A stretch of DNA of 64,000 bases from a virus. Within the stretch, counting starts at the first letter, position 1; every line of letters starts with the position of its first letter. The notes beneath the pieces are model-generated. The model did no database searches. It was not told the DNA's origin and saw nothing but the letters and a program-made list of their open reading frames with translations. Of the stretch, positions 27,661 through 35,926 are shown piece after piece. Position numbers and translations under genes: made by a program. The stretch is from positions 2,517 through 66,516 of the IMG/VR virus record IMGVR_UViG_3300042387_002461, one strand, 5' to 3'.

Positions 27661-28875
27661 CTAAATGTTCATTTCTTGGCTACTCTGGACTATAAGCTCA
27701 GAGCCATCAGTTTTAAAGAACCCATCAGGCTTCCAATAAAAGCCGTCACCGAGATTCAATTTCTGACCAAGAAAAGCAAAAGGTACTGGAGAAAGATCTT
27801 GCTCATGATTTAGAGCTGCGTTTAAATCAGCATCTATCTCATTCTTGCATCCTTTACAGGAATAAACTTTCTTTTTCCTATTCGCTTTTCTTACCAGTCC
27901 ACAATTAGAGCATCTCTGAGAGCGATAAGCACAAGACTGCTCTACAACTGGAACCTCCAGCTCTTCACATCTGCGTTTAATCTTATCACGTATCTCAGGA
28001 TTGCTCCAATGGGACATACTTCTAGAGGTAGATTTTCCAAGTCTTATATTAGAGACCTTTTCAAGACGAACCTCTTTTACGTCTTTAAAATTGAGTTGGT
28101 TAACAGAGTAGTTAACGAAATTCTTTTTGTGAGTACAAGCTTTCTTGAAAGCCTTAGAGCCTTTCTTTTTTCTAGAAAGCTTTGCAATAATGCTTTCGTA
28201 AGAATGTCCGTGAGGACAATACTTGGGTGTAGTTTGTCCATCACTCAGCGTACAAAGATCTTTCATTCCTTGATCAATGCCGATAATCTTGTCTCCTTGC
28301 TCGTGTGGATTGCGTTCCCAGTCCCAAGAGAGTTGAAAGCGATCTTTAAAAAGTTTTAGCGATCCGCACAAAGTGGCTTTTCTGTCCTCTTTCCATTTAT
28401 CATATTGAGAACTCTTGTTGATAGGAATTAAAATTTGTCCATATTTAGAACCAACGTGACGAATTCTAACAAATCCTTCAAAATGACCTTCTTTGTCTAT
28501 TTCAAAATCAACACAATTGGAACTGAGTTGAGGAGCCACAAACACGATATTTGGCTTAGAGAACTTAACGTCTTTTACGTCTTTGTTTTTATGTTCTTTG
28601 ATCCAATTCTTTCTTCTTTGTTTTTCGATAGCAGAACGAATAATTGCTCCTGCTTGATTGACAGCACATTGAAAAGCTTTTCGACTCAGCTCAGTTTCTA
28701 CAGGAATTGTCTTGTAGTCAGGAAATTTAGGTAATTCTAGCTTCTCATTTAAGTTATCCCAAAGATAATCTATAGACGCGAGACAGGCTTTGCTATAATC
28801 TTCAACAAAAACAAGGAGACGATCTTGCTTGTCTTTATTTGCAAAGGTATAAGAATGTCTTGTTGAACCGATCAT
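27661..28875 (-). CDS. tnpB: TnpB RNA-guided endonuclease
   Basis: RuvC-I IIGIDQG, RuvC-II VRLE, Zn finger CSNC/CKGC, RuvC-III DADLNAALN; all three acidic residues present. Confidence 0.92.
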   Translation of the reverse strand: MIGSTRHSYTFANKDKQDRLLVFVEDYSKACLASIDYLWDNLNEKLELPKFPDYKTIPVETELSRKAFQCAVNQAGAIIRSAIEKQRRKNWIKEHKNKDVKDVKFSKPNIVFVAPQLSSNCVDFEIDKEGHFEGFVRIRHVGSKYGQILIPINKSSQYDKWKEDRKATLCGSLKLFKDRFQLSWDWERNPHEQGDKIIGIDQGMKDLCTLSDGQTTPKYCPHGHSYESIIAKLSRKKKGSKAFKKACTHKKNFVNYSVNQLNFKDVKEVRLEKVSNIRLGKSTSRSMSHWSNPEIRDKIKRRCEELEVPVVEQSCAYRSQRCSNCGLVRKANRKKKVYSCKGCKNEIDADLNAALNHEQDLSPVPFAFLGQKLNLGDGFYWKPDGFFKTDGSELIVQSSQEMNI

Positions 28876-28897
28876 TTTAAAGTGTAAATATATTTCG

Positions 28898-28961
28898 TAG
28901 AGGACAGCCAGTTTTAAAGTGTGCTGGTTTCTTTAAAGTTGGACCTTTAAAGATTACTCTA
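28898..28961 (-). ncRNA. three-way-junction leader motif upstream of tnpB
   Basis: TAGAG-TAA-[TCTTTAAAG GTCCAA CTTTAAAGA]-AA-[CCAG..CTGG]-CTGTC-CTCTA; same motif at 50145..50219. Confidence 0.65.
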
Positions 28962-29242
28962 TATTTTATTTAATCAAAATGATCAAATTTTCTTCTGTTT
29001 GCAGAAAATATTTTTGGGCTAAGATGTTGTTATGAAAGTTTACTAATATGAACTATTTTGCACTAAAAAATGTTAATGTATGTTATACTCTTTTAAGCTC
29101 ATTGCAAAGAGAGGACTATCAAACATAATGTCTATGAGATTTGGATCCTCGTTATTGAGAAGACTTTGCAACTCTTCTTCGTTTTTAACATCTGTGAGGT
29201 TAACAATGATTTCTCCTTCTTGGTCCAAAATTTTCATAAGTT

Positions 29243-29446
29243 TTAGATAATGTTGTTGCGGAGATAATTCAGTGCTTCTACATAAAGCACATTCATGCGA
29301 TCTTCATAGCAATCGTCAAATCCTTCGTCTTCTTCGTTCTTGTCACTCATGTCTGGAATGCAAATGTCTTCTTGAAGTGCTGGAAGGATTGTAGATTCAA
29401 GGAGATAATTGAGTTGATCAATTTGAGTTTGTGATAGTTTTGTCAT
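29243..29446 (-). CDS. hypothetical early cassette protein
   Basis: Own promoter. Confidence 0.7.
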   Translation of the reverse strand: MTKLSQTQIDQLNYLLESTILPALQEDICIPDMSDKNEEDEGFDDCYEDRMNVLYVEALNYLRNNII

Positions 29447-29478
29447 GGTTTTGATATTAGAGATTTGTTATGGACAGC

Positions 29479-29730
29479 TCAAGCTCTTTTGATAACTTGA
29501 AATTTGTCGAGTTCAATATAAACACGATACACTCGACCAGTCCTGTCTTGCACATCAAAGGTCTTGTTGCTCACTTTAACTACGACAGCCTGATGAGAAT
29601 AAGGAGGTACGATCTCGATTGTAGAATGAAATGCGGGAATGTTAGTAGGAGGATAGTAGAAGATTTCATCTCCTACAGACACAAGAAGTTTAGCTTTTGG
29701 CTCTTGATCAGATTCTTTGATTAGTTTCAT
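29479..29730 (-). CDS. hypothetical early cassette protein (SH3/KOW-like)
   Basis: VGDEIF...VVVKV...FDV; own promoter. Confidence 0.7.
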   Translation of the reverse strand: MKLIKESDQEPKAKLLVSVGDEIFYYPPTNIPAFHSTIEIVPPYSHQAVVVKVSNKTFDVQDRTGRVYRVYIELDKFQVIKRA

Positions 29731-29781
29731 AACGAGAATGATATTAGAGATTGTTTGTGGACAGGTCGAGAAAAAGTTCTC

Positions 29782-30105
29782 TCAATCGATACTAAATAAA
29801 CAAGCATAGTAATTTTTCTTTGCATTCATCCATGCTGGTTTAATCTTTGGAAATGTGAAGGTTCTGTAAGAATCATTAACAAAGTTTTTGCTTAACTTCA
29901 CACTCAAATACTCTTCGTACTCCTTAACTTCTTCAATCATACCGTTTTCCTCCCATTTAGCAATCTTATTTTTAACTCGCTCTAAAACTTTATCTTCTTC
30001 AATGTCAACATTACATTCATACGAACCTCTGCCTGAGTGAGTTGATTTTCCTTTTACGTTCAACTCTTTTCTCATCCAACTGACCGCACTTTGTAGTTTT
30101 TTCAT
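29782..30105 (-). CDS. hypothetical protein, paralog of C-terminal half of 33368..33952
   Basis: L..KG...H.GRG.Y...KI..W...YRT. Confidence 0.75.
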   Translation of the reverse strand: MKKLQSAVSWMRKELNVKGKSTHSGRGSYECNVDIEEDKVLERVKNKIAKWEENGMIEEVKEYEEYLSVKLSKNFVNDSYRTFTFPKIKPAWMNAKKNYYACLFSID

Positions 30106-30140
30106 AACAGGAATGATATTAGTGATTGTTTGTGGACAGA

Positions 30141-31061
30141 TCAATCAATTTTCTTATAAGTTGCTTCTGCTCCTCGGCCTTCTTTAGAAGCCTTGCCTTC
30201 TGTGACGAGCTGACGAAGGATTGTGTTCAGGTATGCTCCGTTCACTTCAGACTCTCGAACGATCTGAGCAACGGTCTTGGGCTCTGTGAGTAGTTCAAGG
30301 ACTTGGTCGGCTTTAGAGGCTTTTTTTGCGGCAGATTTACGATCCGGACTGTTATCAGCTGCTACTGCTTCGAATGTATATCCATTTGCTCCGAATGGGA
30401 AAGTAGTGTAAGAGCAAGCTCCGAAGCGATTTTTGTGTAAGATCAAATCTCGAAGATTGTGATCGTCCTCGTTTTTAATCAAAGTAGCGAAAATATCAAT
30501 GGAATGAATTATGCCTGTACCACCTTTAAAATTGCCTCCCTTAGTGAAGTGCATAATAATTAACATGCATACTTCACGCTCTTTAGCAAGGTTTACAAGA
30601 CGGCCAGTAATATATTCCTCCCTTTCTCGAGAGTTCATGTCCTTCTTCTTTGTAGAGATAGTTGGAAAAGAATCAATCACAATAAAATCCAAGCCCATCT
30701 CGATCACTGCTTCTTCAATATCTTCTACATATACAAGATTTGCAATAGGAACCGACAAAGCATTCAACCTCTTCGCAGCAAATGCCACTTGCTCAAGAGT
30801 CTCTTCTCCGGAGATGTATGCAGTCTTCTTTCCAGTCTCTTCGAGAGCTTGGAGCAGCTGCAAAGAAATAGAGCTCTTGCCAACGCCTGCTGGAGCCGCC
30901 AGGGTGATCACAGAACCCGGAAGAAAGCCTTCTTGGCCGAAGGCTTCGTCAAGATCAGGAATGCCGGTCTTGAACTTGCGGTTATAAATTTCTGGAACTC
31001 GGACTTCTCCAGCTCTCGTGAAGTTCTTGTTAACAGTATTTTTTGATTGGATTGCTTGCAT
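30141..31061 (-). CDS. RadA/Sms-like RecA-fold ATPase with C-terminal wHTH
   Basis: Walker A APAGVGKS, YISGEE, Walker B IVIDS, KNRFG; start corrected to 31061. Confidence 0.85.
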   Translation of the reverse strand: MQAIQSKNTVNKNFTRAGEVRVPEIYNRKFKTGIPDLDEAFGQEGFLPGSVITLAAPAGVGKSSISLQLLQALEETGKKTAYISGEETLEQVAFAAKRLNALSVPIANLVYVEDIEEAVIEMGLDFIVIDSFPTISTKKKDMNSREREEYITGRLVNLAKEREVCMLIIMHFTKGGNFKGGTGIIHSIDIFATLIKNEDDHNLRDLILHKNRFGACSYTTFPFGANGYTFEAVAADNSPDRKSAAKKASKADQVLELLTEPKTVAQIVRESEVNGAYLNTILRQLVTEGKASKEGRGAEATYKKID

Positions 31062-31162
31062 AATGGTTGAATCTTTAAATACTCTCAATGCTCTTGAAGG
31101 ACTCCTCAAGATTCTTTTTTTGAAAACTGCTCTCTGAATTGCTCTCAAAGACCGCAGGCATT

Positions 31163-31206
31163 CATAGCGATTCTTGGCGCTAGAATGCGTTTAAAATCGT
31201 TTTGTT
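31163..31206. repeat. 44-bp dispersed intergenic repeat, copy 4
   Basis: CATAGCGATTCTTGGCGCTAGAATGCGTTTAAAATCGTTTTGTT. Confidence 0.85.
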
Positions 31207-31231
31207 GAATTTTTGGAAGACTGCTCTGGAA

Positions 31232-31264
31232 AAAGGAAAGGACCTCCTTTTTAGAGGTCCTTTC
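31232..31264 (-). terminator. intrinsic terminator
   Basis: GAAAGGACCTC/GAGGTCCTTTC plus T tract. Confidence 0.75.
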
Positions 31265-31314
31265 GCAACAGTTGTTGGCTTCTATGACGAATTAAATGAC
31301 TTCAGCCGGCTTTG

Positions 31315-31614
31315 TTAATCTCGAATCACTCGTCCGTTGTTGCCGAGAAATATCAACGATTGCGGAGGAATGTCTCCAGGATCCTTCATGCCACCGAAGC
31401 GGACCAGGGCCCTTTTTAACTCCGTCCACAATTCTGGATTTTCGCCGTGTGTTCGAATCAATTCCACAATATCCTGACGTAACTTATGAGCCAACTCTTT
31501 TGGATGTTGCCCTGGAGGATGTGATGAGGGGTTCTCTTTTGGGAGCACATGAGCTTCTTCGAGTAATTGTGTATTGAGGACTTTGTCTACGAGTTGATCG
31601 AATTTACGTTTCAT
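31315..31614 (-). CDS. late protein with CTS-like N-terminus
   Basis: TAAATA; MKRKFDQLVDKVLNTQLLEEA. Confidence 0.7.
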   Translation of the reverse strand: MKRKFDQLVDKVLNTQLLEEAHVLPKENPSSHPPGQHPKELAHKLRQDIVELIRTHGENPELWTELKRALVRFGGMKDPGDIPPQSLIFLGNNGRVIRD

Positions 31615-31680
31615 ATTGTTTATTTAACTAAAATGATCTCAGAGTTTGTTTGCGGACACTTCAAGAAGATTTTTAATCTT

Positions 31681-31792
31681 TGGAAGGAGACTTTGGTTGG
31701 GATCGAACCAACGGCTTGTGCTTGTTCCCCAGCATTTGGTCCTTCACCTTGAGGGGGCTACTGCTCTGCCAACTGAGCTACAAAGTCTTCTC
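31681..31792 (-). tRNA. non-canonical tRNA-like element (no assignable anticodon)
   Basis: Acceptor GACTTTG/CAAAGTC, TA, D-arm GCTC-AGTTGGCA-GAGC, T-arm GTTGG-TTCGATC-CCAAC; 49-nt atypical anticodon/variable region; 3' TCCTTCCA. Confidence 0.7.
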
Positions 31793-31942
31793 GAATTTTT
31801 CTTTTGCTTCCTGACTGCTCTGCAAAACTTTTCCTACACACATTCGTTCATCTTCTGACAAAAAGTTCCACATGGACTGCTCTGTCAGAATCTTCACGAG
31901 ATCAAACAAATTTGTTTCGAGTTGTTCAATATAAGTGTTCAT
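31778..31942 (-). CDS. 54-aa protein whose last codons overlap the tRNA-like acceptor stem
   Basis: MNTYIEQLETNLFDL...EKFEKTL-TAG; ATGA-coupled upstream. Confidence 0.6.
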   Translation of the reverse strand: MNTYIEQLETNLFDLVKILTEQSMWNFLSEDERMCVGKVLQSSQEAKEKFEKTL

Positions 31943-31992
31943 CGTTTGACAATTAAGACGATTAGAATGAGGAGGAGAAGAATGTCAGTCAT
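31939..31992 (-). CDS. 17-aa hydrophobic micropeptide MTDILLLLILIVLIVKR
   Basis: Exactly fills gap; TAATATG upstream and ATGA downstream coupling. Confidence 0.5.
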   Translation of the reverse strand: MTDILLLLILIVLIVKR

Positions 31993-31993
31993 A

Positions 31994-32344
31994 TTAGAAA
32001 TTGATTTCGTTTTCTTTAACTCGATCGATAAAGCATTCTCCATCATAGACTTCTATAACAAGCTCTTCATTGTCTCCTTTGTTATCAAAGAAGTTTTCAA
32101 CAAAGTTAATTTCTTCAGAAGTCAAACAAAGATAAGTGTTTCCTTCTGCAAAGATTTTTGAATAATTTCCATTAACTGCATCTTGCACAAGAGTCTTTGA
32201 AGACTGGAGATGTTCAAGAATCTCATCCATCGAACTGTCTCTAAGAACGTCTTGAAACATATCTGAAGTGTTTTCTCGAATGTTCTTGTCAATTGAGTCT
32301 CGTTGGAGTTTCAAAGTATGGACTGATTTAGAAGTAATGTTCAT
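31994..32344 (-). CDS. hypothetical protein
   Basis: 116 aa ORF. Confidence 0.7.
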   Translation of the reverse strand: MNITSKSVHTLKLQRDSIDKNIRENTSDMFQDVLRDSSMDEILEHLQSSKTLVQDAVNGNYSKIFAEGNTYLCLTSEEINFVENFFDNKGDNEELVIEVYDGECFIDRVKENEINF

Positions 32345-32348
32345 AAGT

Positions 32349-32504
32349 TTAATTGTTTTGTTTGACCTCTACAGCAACTGTCATTTTTCCTTCTTGCAGC
32401 TCGAAAGCTTTTCCGAGATAATAATTCTTTGCTTCTTCCAGAGTTGCATTCATTGATGTGGTGACTGAATTTCCGTCTTTAAAACGAATAGTGAAGTTGT
32501 TCAT
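32349..32504 (-). CDS. hypothetical early cassette protein
   Basis: Start corrected; T.MN.TLEEA..YYLG. Confidence 0.7.
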   Translation of the reverse strand: MNNFTIRFKDGNSVTTSMNATLEEAKNYYLGKAFELQEGKMTVAVEVKQNN

Positions 32505-32546
32505 AACAGAAAAGATCTTAGAGATTGTTTGTGGACAGTTCAAGAA

Positions 32547-32864
32547 TTATTTTTGCAAACATGCTAAAATTCTTCCATAAAATGCATCAAATCCATCAAA
32601 GCTTTTAATCTTAAATTGGTCATTATCAAGTTGTTTGAGAACATTTTCTTCTAAACCAATCCTGATAACGTCTTCTATAGTAAGTCCTTCCTTTACTAAC
32701 TTTACAGTTACATGCTTGCATTGTTTCCATGTTTTGCAATCTTCCCAACTGAGCAAAATAGCAACTTTGCCTTGGTAATAACCTATGCAGAAGTCTCTAT
32801 AAACGTTTTTGACTACTTGGACTTCGTTGACTTTAACATTATAATAAGTGTGAGGTTTGTTCAT
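32547..32864 (-). CDS. hypothetical early cassette protein
   Basis: Own promoter. Confidence 0.7.
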   Translation of the reverse strand: MNKPHTYYNVKVNEVQVVKNVYRDFCIGYYQGKVAILLSWEDCKTWKQCKHVTVKLVKEGLTIEDVIRIGLEENVLKQLDNDQFKIKSFDGFDAFYGRILACLQK

Positions 32865-32904
32865 AACAAAAAAGATAATAGAGATTGTTCAGGGACACTA
32901 CAAC

Positions 32905-32942
32905 AAAAAAAGTCTCTGTAACCTTTTGGATTACAGAGACTC
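32905..32942 (-). terminator. intrinsic terminator
   Basis: AGTCTCTGTAA/TTACAGAGACT plus T tract. Confidence 0.8.
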
Positions 32943-32969
32943 TTATAACTCTTTCTAGCTTAAATTATT

Positions 32970-33332
32970 TCACAGTTTGTAAGCAATTTTTCTAATAGTT
33001 TCATTATTAGCAAATAAACGTACTACAGCTAAACTCATATCATACTCTACACCCCAAGTTCTCCAAACTCCTTTAAAACCAACCTTTTCCTTCAACTTAA
33101 GCAACTTACTTTCAACTTCATTAATATCTTCTTCTTCAGCATTACAATCTAACATATACTCTTTCAACTCTTTAAGCCCTTCTTCAAAAGTTACTTCTGC
33201 ACTAGTATCTTCATCTTCAACAAATTCAACAAACTCTGTAAGCCCTTGAGAATCATCAAGCACTTCTCCAGAATCTGCACTATAACCAACGCTTTTAATT
33301 ACTGTGATGTAGTTTTTAGTAGTAGTATTCAT
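32970..33332 (-). CDS. hypothetical acidic early cassette protein
   Basis: Start corrected. Confidence 0.75.
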   Translation of the reverse strand: MNTTTKNYITVIKSVGYSADSGEVLDDSQGLTEFVEFVEDEDTSAEVTFEEGLKELKEYMLDCNAEEEDINEVESKLLKLKEKVGFKGVWRTWGVEYDMSLAVVRLFANNETIRKIAYKL

Positions 33333-33367
33333 AACAGAAAAGATCTTAGAGATTGCTTGTGGACAGA

Positions 33368-33952
33368 TCAAACTTCTTTTTCAAGTTGTTTAACTAGTCT
33401 GAGAAATTCGTCTTCAGATATTCCGTACTTTGTTTCAGCATCCAATGGACTAGCACTAAATATAACGCCAAAACAATTATCTCGTTTACAAAATGCTGCA
33501 GTTCTGTAGTTCTCATCAAAGTATTCGTTTGTGAATACAATCTTTACGTCCTGCTTATTAAACTCAATATCTTCAATGAGTTTGAGTTCTTTCCATTCCT
33601 CGATCTTTTTATTTAAACGTTCTGAAACAACATCCCACTTTTCATTGAATCCTCCAATATAAGCTCCTCTGCCTGTATGTTCTGTAGATCCTTTAATTTT
33701 AAGTTGTTGTCTCAAGAAAGTATTCAAACTTCTTTTCTTCCAATATGCACAACCATGCCTTGAATCAAGATATAGATTAAGCTCTTGTTTTGTTTTAAAA
33801 TTCAAACCCATCAATTTTTCAGCTTGATCGATACAATCTCTCGTACTTGTTCCTTTTATTTTAAAAGCTATTTTAGTTAACCTTACTTTTTTATCATGCA
33901 GCCAAATTTCAAGTTCTGTTGGATTAGCAATTTGTTTTTTTGGTTTGTTCAT
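33368..33952 (-). CDS. hypothetical early cassette protein
   Basis: Start corrected to 33952. Confidence 0.75.
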   Translation of the reverse strand: MNKPKKQIANPTELEIWLHDKKVRLTKIAFKIKGTSTRDCIDQAEKLMGLNFKTKQELNLYLDSRHGCAYWKKRSLNTFLRQQLKIKGSTEHTGRGAYIGGFNEKWDVVSERLNKKIEEWKELKLIEDIEFNKQDVKIVFTNEYFDENYRTAAFCKRDNCFGVIFSASPLDAETKYGISEDEFLRLVKQLEKEV

Positions 33953-33992
33953 AACAGGACTGACTATCGACAAGCTGAGAGGACAAAGCAAC

Positions 33993-34021
33993 AAAAAAAG
34001 AGGTCCAAAGGACCTCTTTTT
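33993..34021. terminator. bidirectional intrinsic terminator
   Basis: AAAAAAAGAGGTCC AAA GGACCTCTTTTT. Confidence 0.75.
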
Positions 34022-34043
34022 GTTATTAAACTGTTTGAGTGTA

Positions 34044-34520
34044 TCAACCAACAATACCTAAACCAGCAAAACGAGCTGGAGAGTCACCAAAAAACGTAAA
34101 GACAGTTCCTTGACCAGAGTCTGGGTGATACTCTCGTTTCATATCTTGCAAGCTACGTTTTAGTTTATTTAAATCAAAATTACCCGCTTCCTTGCCTACT
34201 CTTGAATACTCTCTCAATTGTTGTTCTGCAAATTCTATAACTTGTTGTGCACCTGCATCGAAAGAGTCAGGAAACTCAACTGAATCCATATCTATGTCTT
34301 CTATATTCCTAAGAATTCTCACCGGTTTAATTATTCCTGTTCGATGCCCATTCACGTAACCACCATGCTCAAAATCATTGAAATCCCAAGCAACAGCATC
34401 CATGAATTCGCTTATATCTATGCCTACGTCAGGATGTTCTTTGTCAATTGAGACAAACGTTCTGCTGGGTTTGGCTTCGTTAAGAATTTTTGATACTAAT
34501 TTATTGAATTTTGTTTTCAT
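34044..34520 (-). CDS. late protein with CTS-like N-terminus
   Basis: GATAAATA; MKTKFNKLVSKILNE. Confidence 0.7.
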   Translation of the reverse strand: MKTKFNKLVSKILNEAKPSRTFVSIDKEHPDVGIDISEFMDAVAWDFNDFEHGGYVNGHRTGIIKPVRILRNIEDIDMDSVEFPDSFDAGAQQVIEFAEQQLREYSRVGKEAGNFDLNKLKRSLQDMKREYHPDSGQGTVFTFFGDSPARFAGLGIVG

Positions 34521-34604
34521 ACAATTTTATTTATCTATTTTTGTTTTTTTTTTGCGGAAATCTCTAATTTATTTAAAAAATATTAGAGATTGTTCAGGGA
34601 CAGT

Positions 34605-34811
34605 TCAAGAATTATCTTCTGGAACATAACTCATGAGTGCTTCTTCAAACCCTCCAAAGTTCTTGAACAAATTTATTAAGCTCTCTTCAATTGCTTCTCT
34701 GGTCACCTTGGACTCTTGCATCTGAAGGTTTGAAGAAACTATTTGCAAAAGATAGTCAGCACTTTCTCTGTCAAGCTTTTGAAAGGCTTCTAGAATTTCT
34801 TGGTTGGTCAT
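34605..34811 (-). CDS. hypothetical early cassette protein
   Basis: Own promoter; stop overlaps next -35. Confidence 0.7.
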   Translation of the reverse strand: MTNQEILEAFQKLDRESADYLLQIVSSNLQMQESKVTREAIEESLINLFKNFGGFEEALMSYVPEDNS

Positions 34812-34854
34812 CTTTTGAGAGTATTGAGGATTGAGAAGGACACTTCAAGAAAAA

Positions 34855-34935
34855 ACTCGAGCCTTGCTCCAACAAGAATTTATATCGACCAAAATATGAA
34901 AAGTATGTCGGAAAGCAAGGCTTGAGTGATAAGTA
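34855..34935 (+). promoter_or_regulatory. long hairpin abutting late promoter GATAAGTA of HNH gene
   Basis: ACTCGAGCCTTGCT/AGCAAGGCTTGAGT. Confidence 0.7.
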
Positions 34936-34949
34936 ATTATGACCAAATT

Positions 34950-35924
34950 ATGAAAAGTTTATCATTATATAACCTAGATGGCTCTCTGTCTCTAGAGGCA
35001 CAGCAGCTACTATCACATAGACCCGACGGCGTGTCAATAGCGGATTGGAGGAAAACGTTAAAAAAATTTAGAGATCAGCTGTCTCCAGAAGATCTTAAAG
35101 AGTTTGAAAGACTCAGAAACAATAAGCGATATGCAAAACGGAGAGACACAAAACGCAAACGTAAAGAACAGCAGATTACCGAACCTCTGGCGAAAGTAAG
35201 TTTATATGAACAAGACAGAGTTTTGCGTGCAGAAGCACAGCAGCTACTATCACATAGACCTGATGGCGTGTCAATAGCGGATTGGAGGAAAATGCTAAAA
35301 GATTTTAGATCGCAACTTTCCTCAGAAGATTGCAAAGAATTTCAAAGACTCAGAAAAAATAAGCGAGATGCAAAACGGAGAGCTGAGAATCCTGAAAAAA
35401 TAAGAACGGAAAATGCAAAATGGAGAGCTGAAAATCCTGAAAAAGTAGCAAAATGGTATGCTGAAAATCCCGAAAAAGCAAAAGAAACCAATGCTAAATG
35501 GAGAGCTGCAAATCTTGACCACACGAACAACTACCACAAGCAACGCAGAGCTACAGACCCTCTCTTCCATCTTCATTGCAATATGAGAAGTAATTGCAGG
35601 AGAGTTGTTAAACAGCTATCTCTCGGAAAGAAACCTGTAAGCACATTTAAATGGATTGGATGCTCTCCAGAGGAACTTAAAGCTCATCTCGAATCTCTCT
35701 TCACAGAAGGAATGACTTGGGAAAATTATGGCAAAGACGGTTGGCACGTTGATCACATTCGTCCTGTGTGCTCATTCACTGCAGAAGAATGGGAACAGGT
35801 CAATCACTATACTAACCTCCAACCTCTTTGGGCTGAAGACAATCTTGCTAAGATAGTTTTTGATAAACGACAAAGAGTAAAGAAAGAGACTCCTGCACAA
35901 GAAGAGTCTCCTCCATTGTTATGA
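34950..35924 (+). CDS. HNH endonuclease with duplicated N-terminal domain and W(R/Y)AENP repeats
   Basis: EAQQLLSHRPDGVSIADWRK twice; GCS...EGMTWENYG..GWHVDHIRP...NHYTNLQPLW..DN. Confidence 0.85.
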   Translation: MKSLSLYNLDGSLSLEAQQLLSHRPDGVSIADWRKTLKKFRDQLSPEDLKEFERLRNNKRYAKRRDTKRKRKEQQITEPLAKVSLYEQDRVLRAEAQQLLSHRPDGVSIADWRKMLKDFRSQLSSEDCKEFQRLRKNKRDAKRRAENPEKIRTENAKWRAENPEKVAKWYAENPEKAKETNAKWRAANLDHTNNYHKQRRATDPLFHLHCNMRSNCRRVVKQLSLGKKPVSTFKWIGCSPEELKAHLESLFTEGMTWENYGKDGWHVDHIRPVCSFTAEEWEQVNHYTNLQPLWAEDNLAKIVFDKRQRVKKETPAQEESPPLL

Positions 35925-35926
35925 AA

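Larger units (their letters stand above)
27645..29081 (-). mobile_element. non-autonomous IS200/IS605-family (IS1341-like, tnpB only) element
   Basis: TAAC at both junctions; related subterminal hairpins AACATTTT..AAAATAGTT (left) and AACATTT..AAATGTT (right); no tnpA. Confidence 0.75.
27531..29237 (-). pseudogene. 89-aa acidic protein gene split by the tnpB element (29237..29082 + 27644..27531)
   Basis: Removing 27645..29081 gives continuous frame ...AMSLKEYN|YEEAYGEGDFEG...NCLEE-stop. Confidence 0.7.

Noticed and set aside
27645-29081. IStron (group I intron fused to the tnpB element)
   Set aside because: No P7/R/S group I signatures in the ~200-nt left region; element does not end in G
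31740-31760. UCA triplet suggesting a selenocysteine or opal-suppressor tRNA
   Set aside because: No anticodon stem forms around it, no U33, D-arm is not SelC-like; TGA is used as a normal stop throughout
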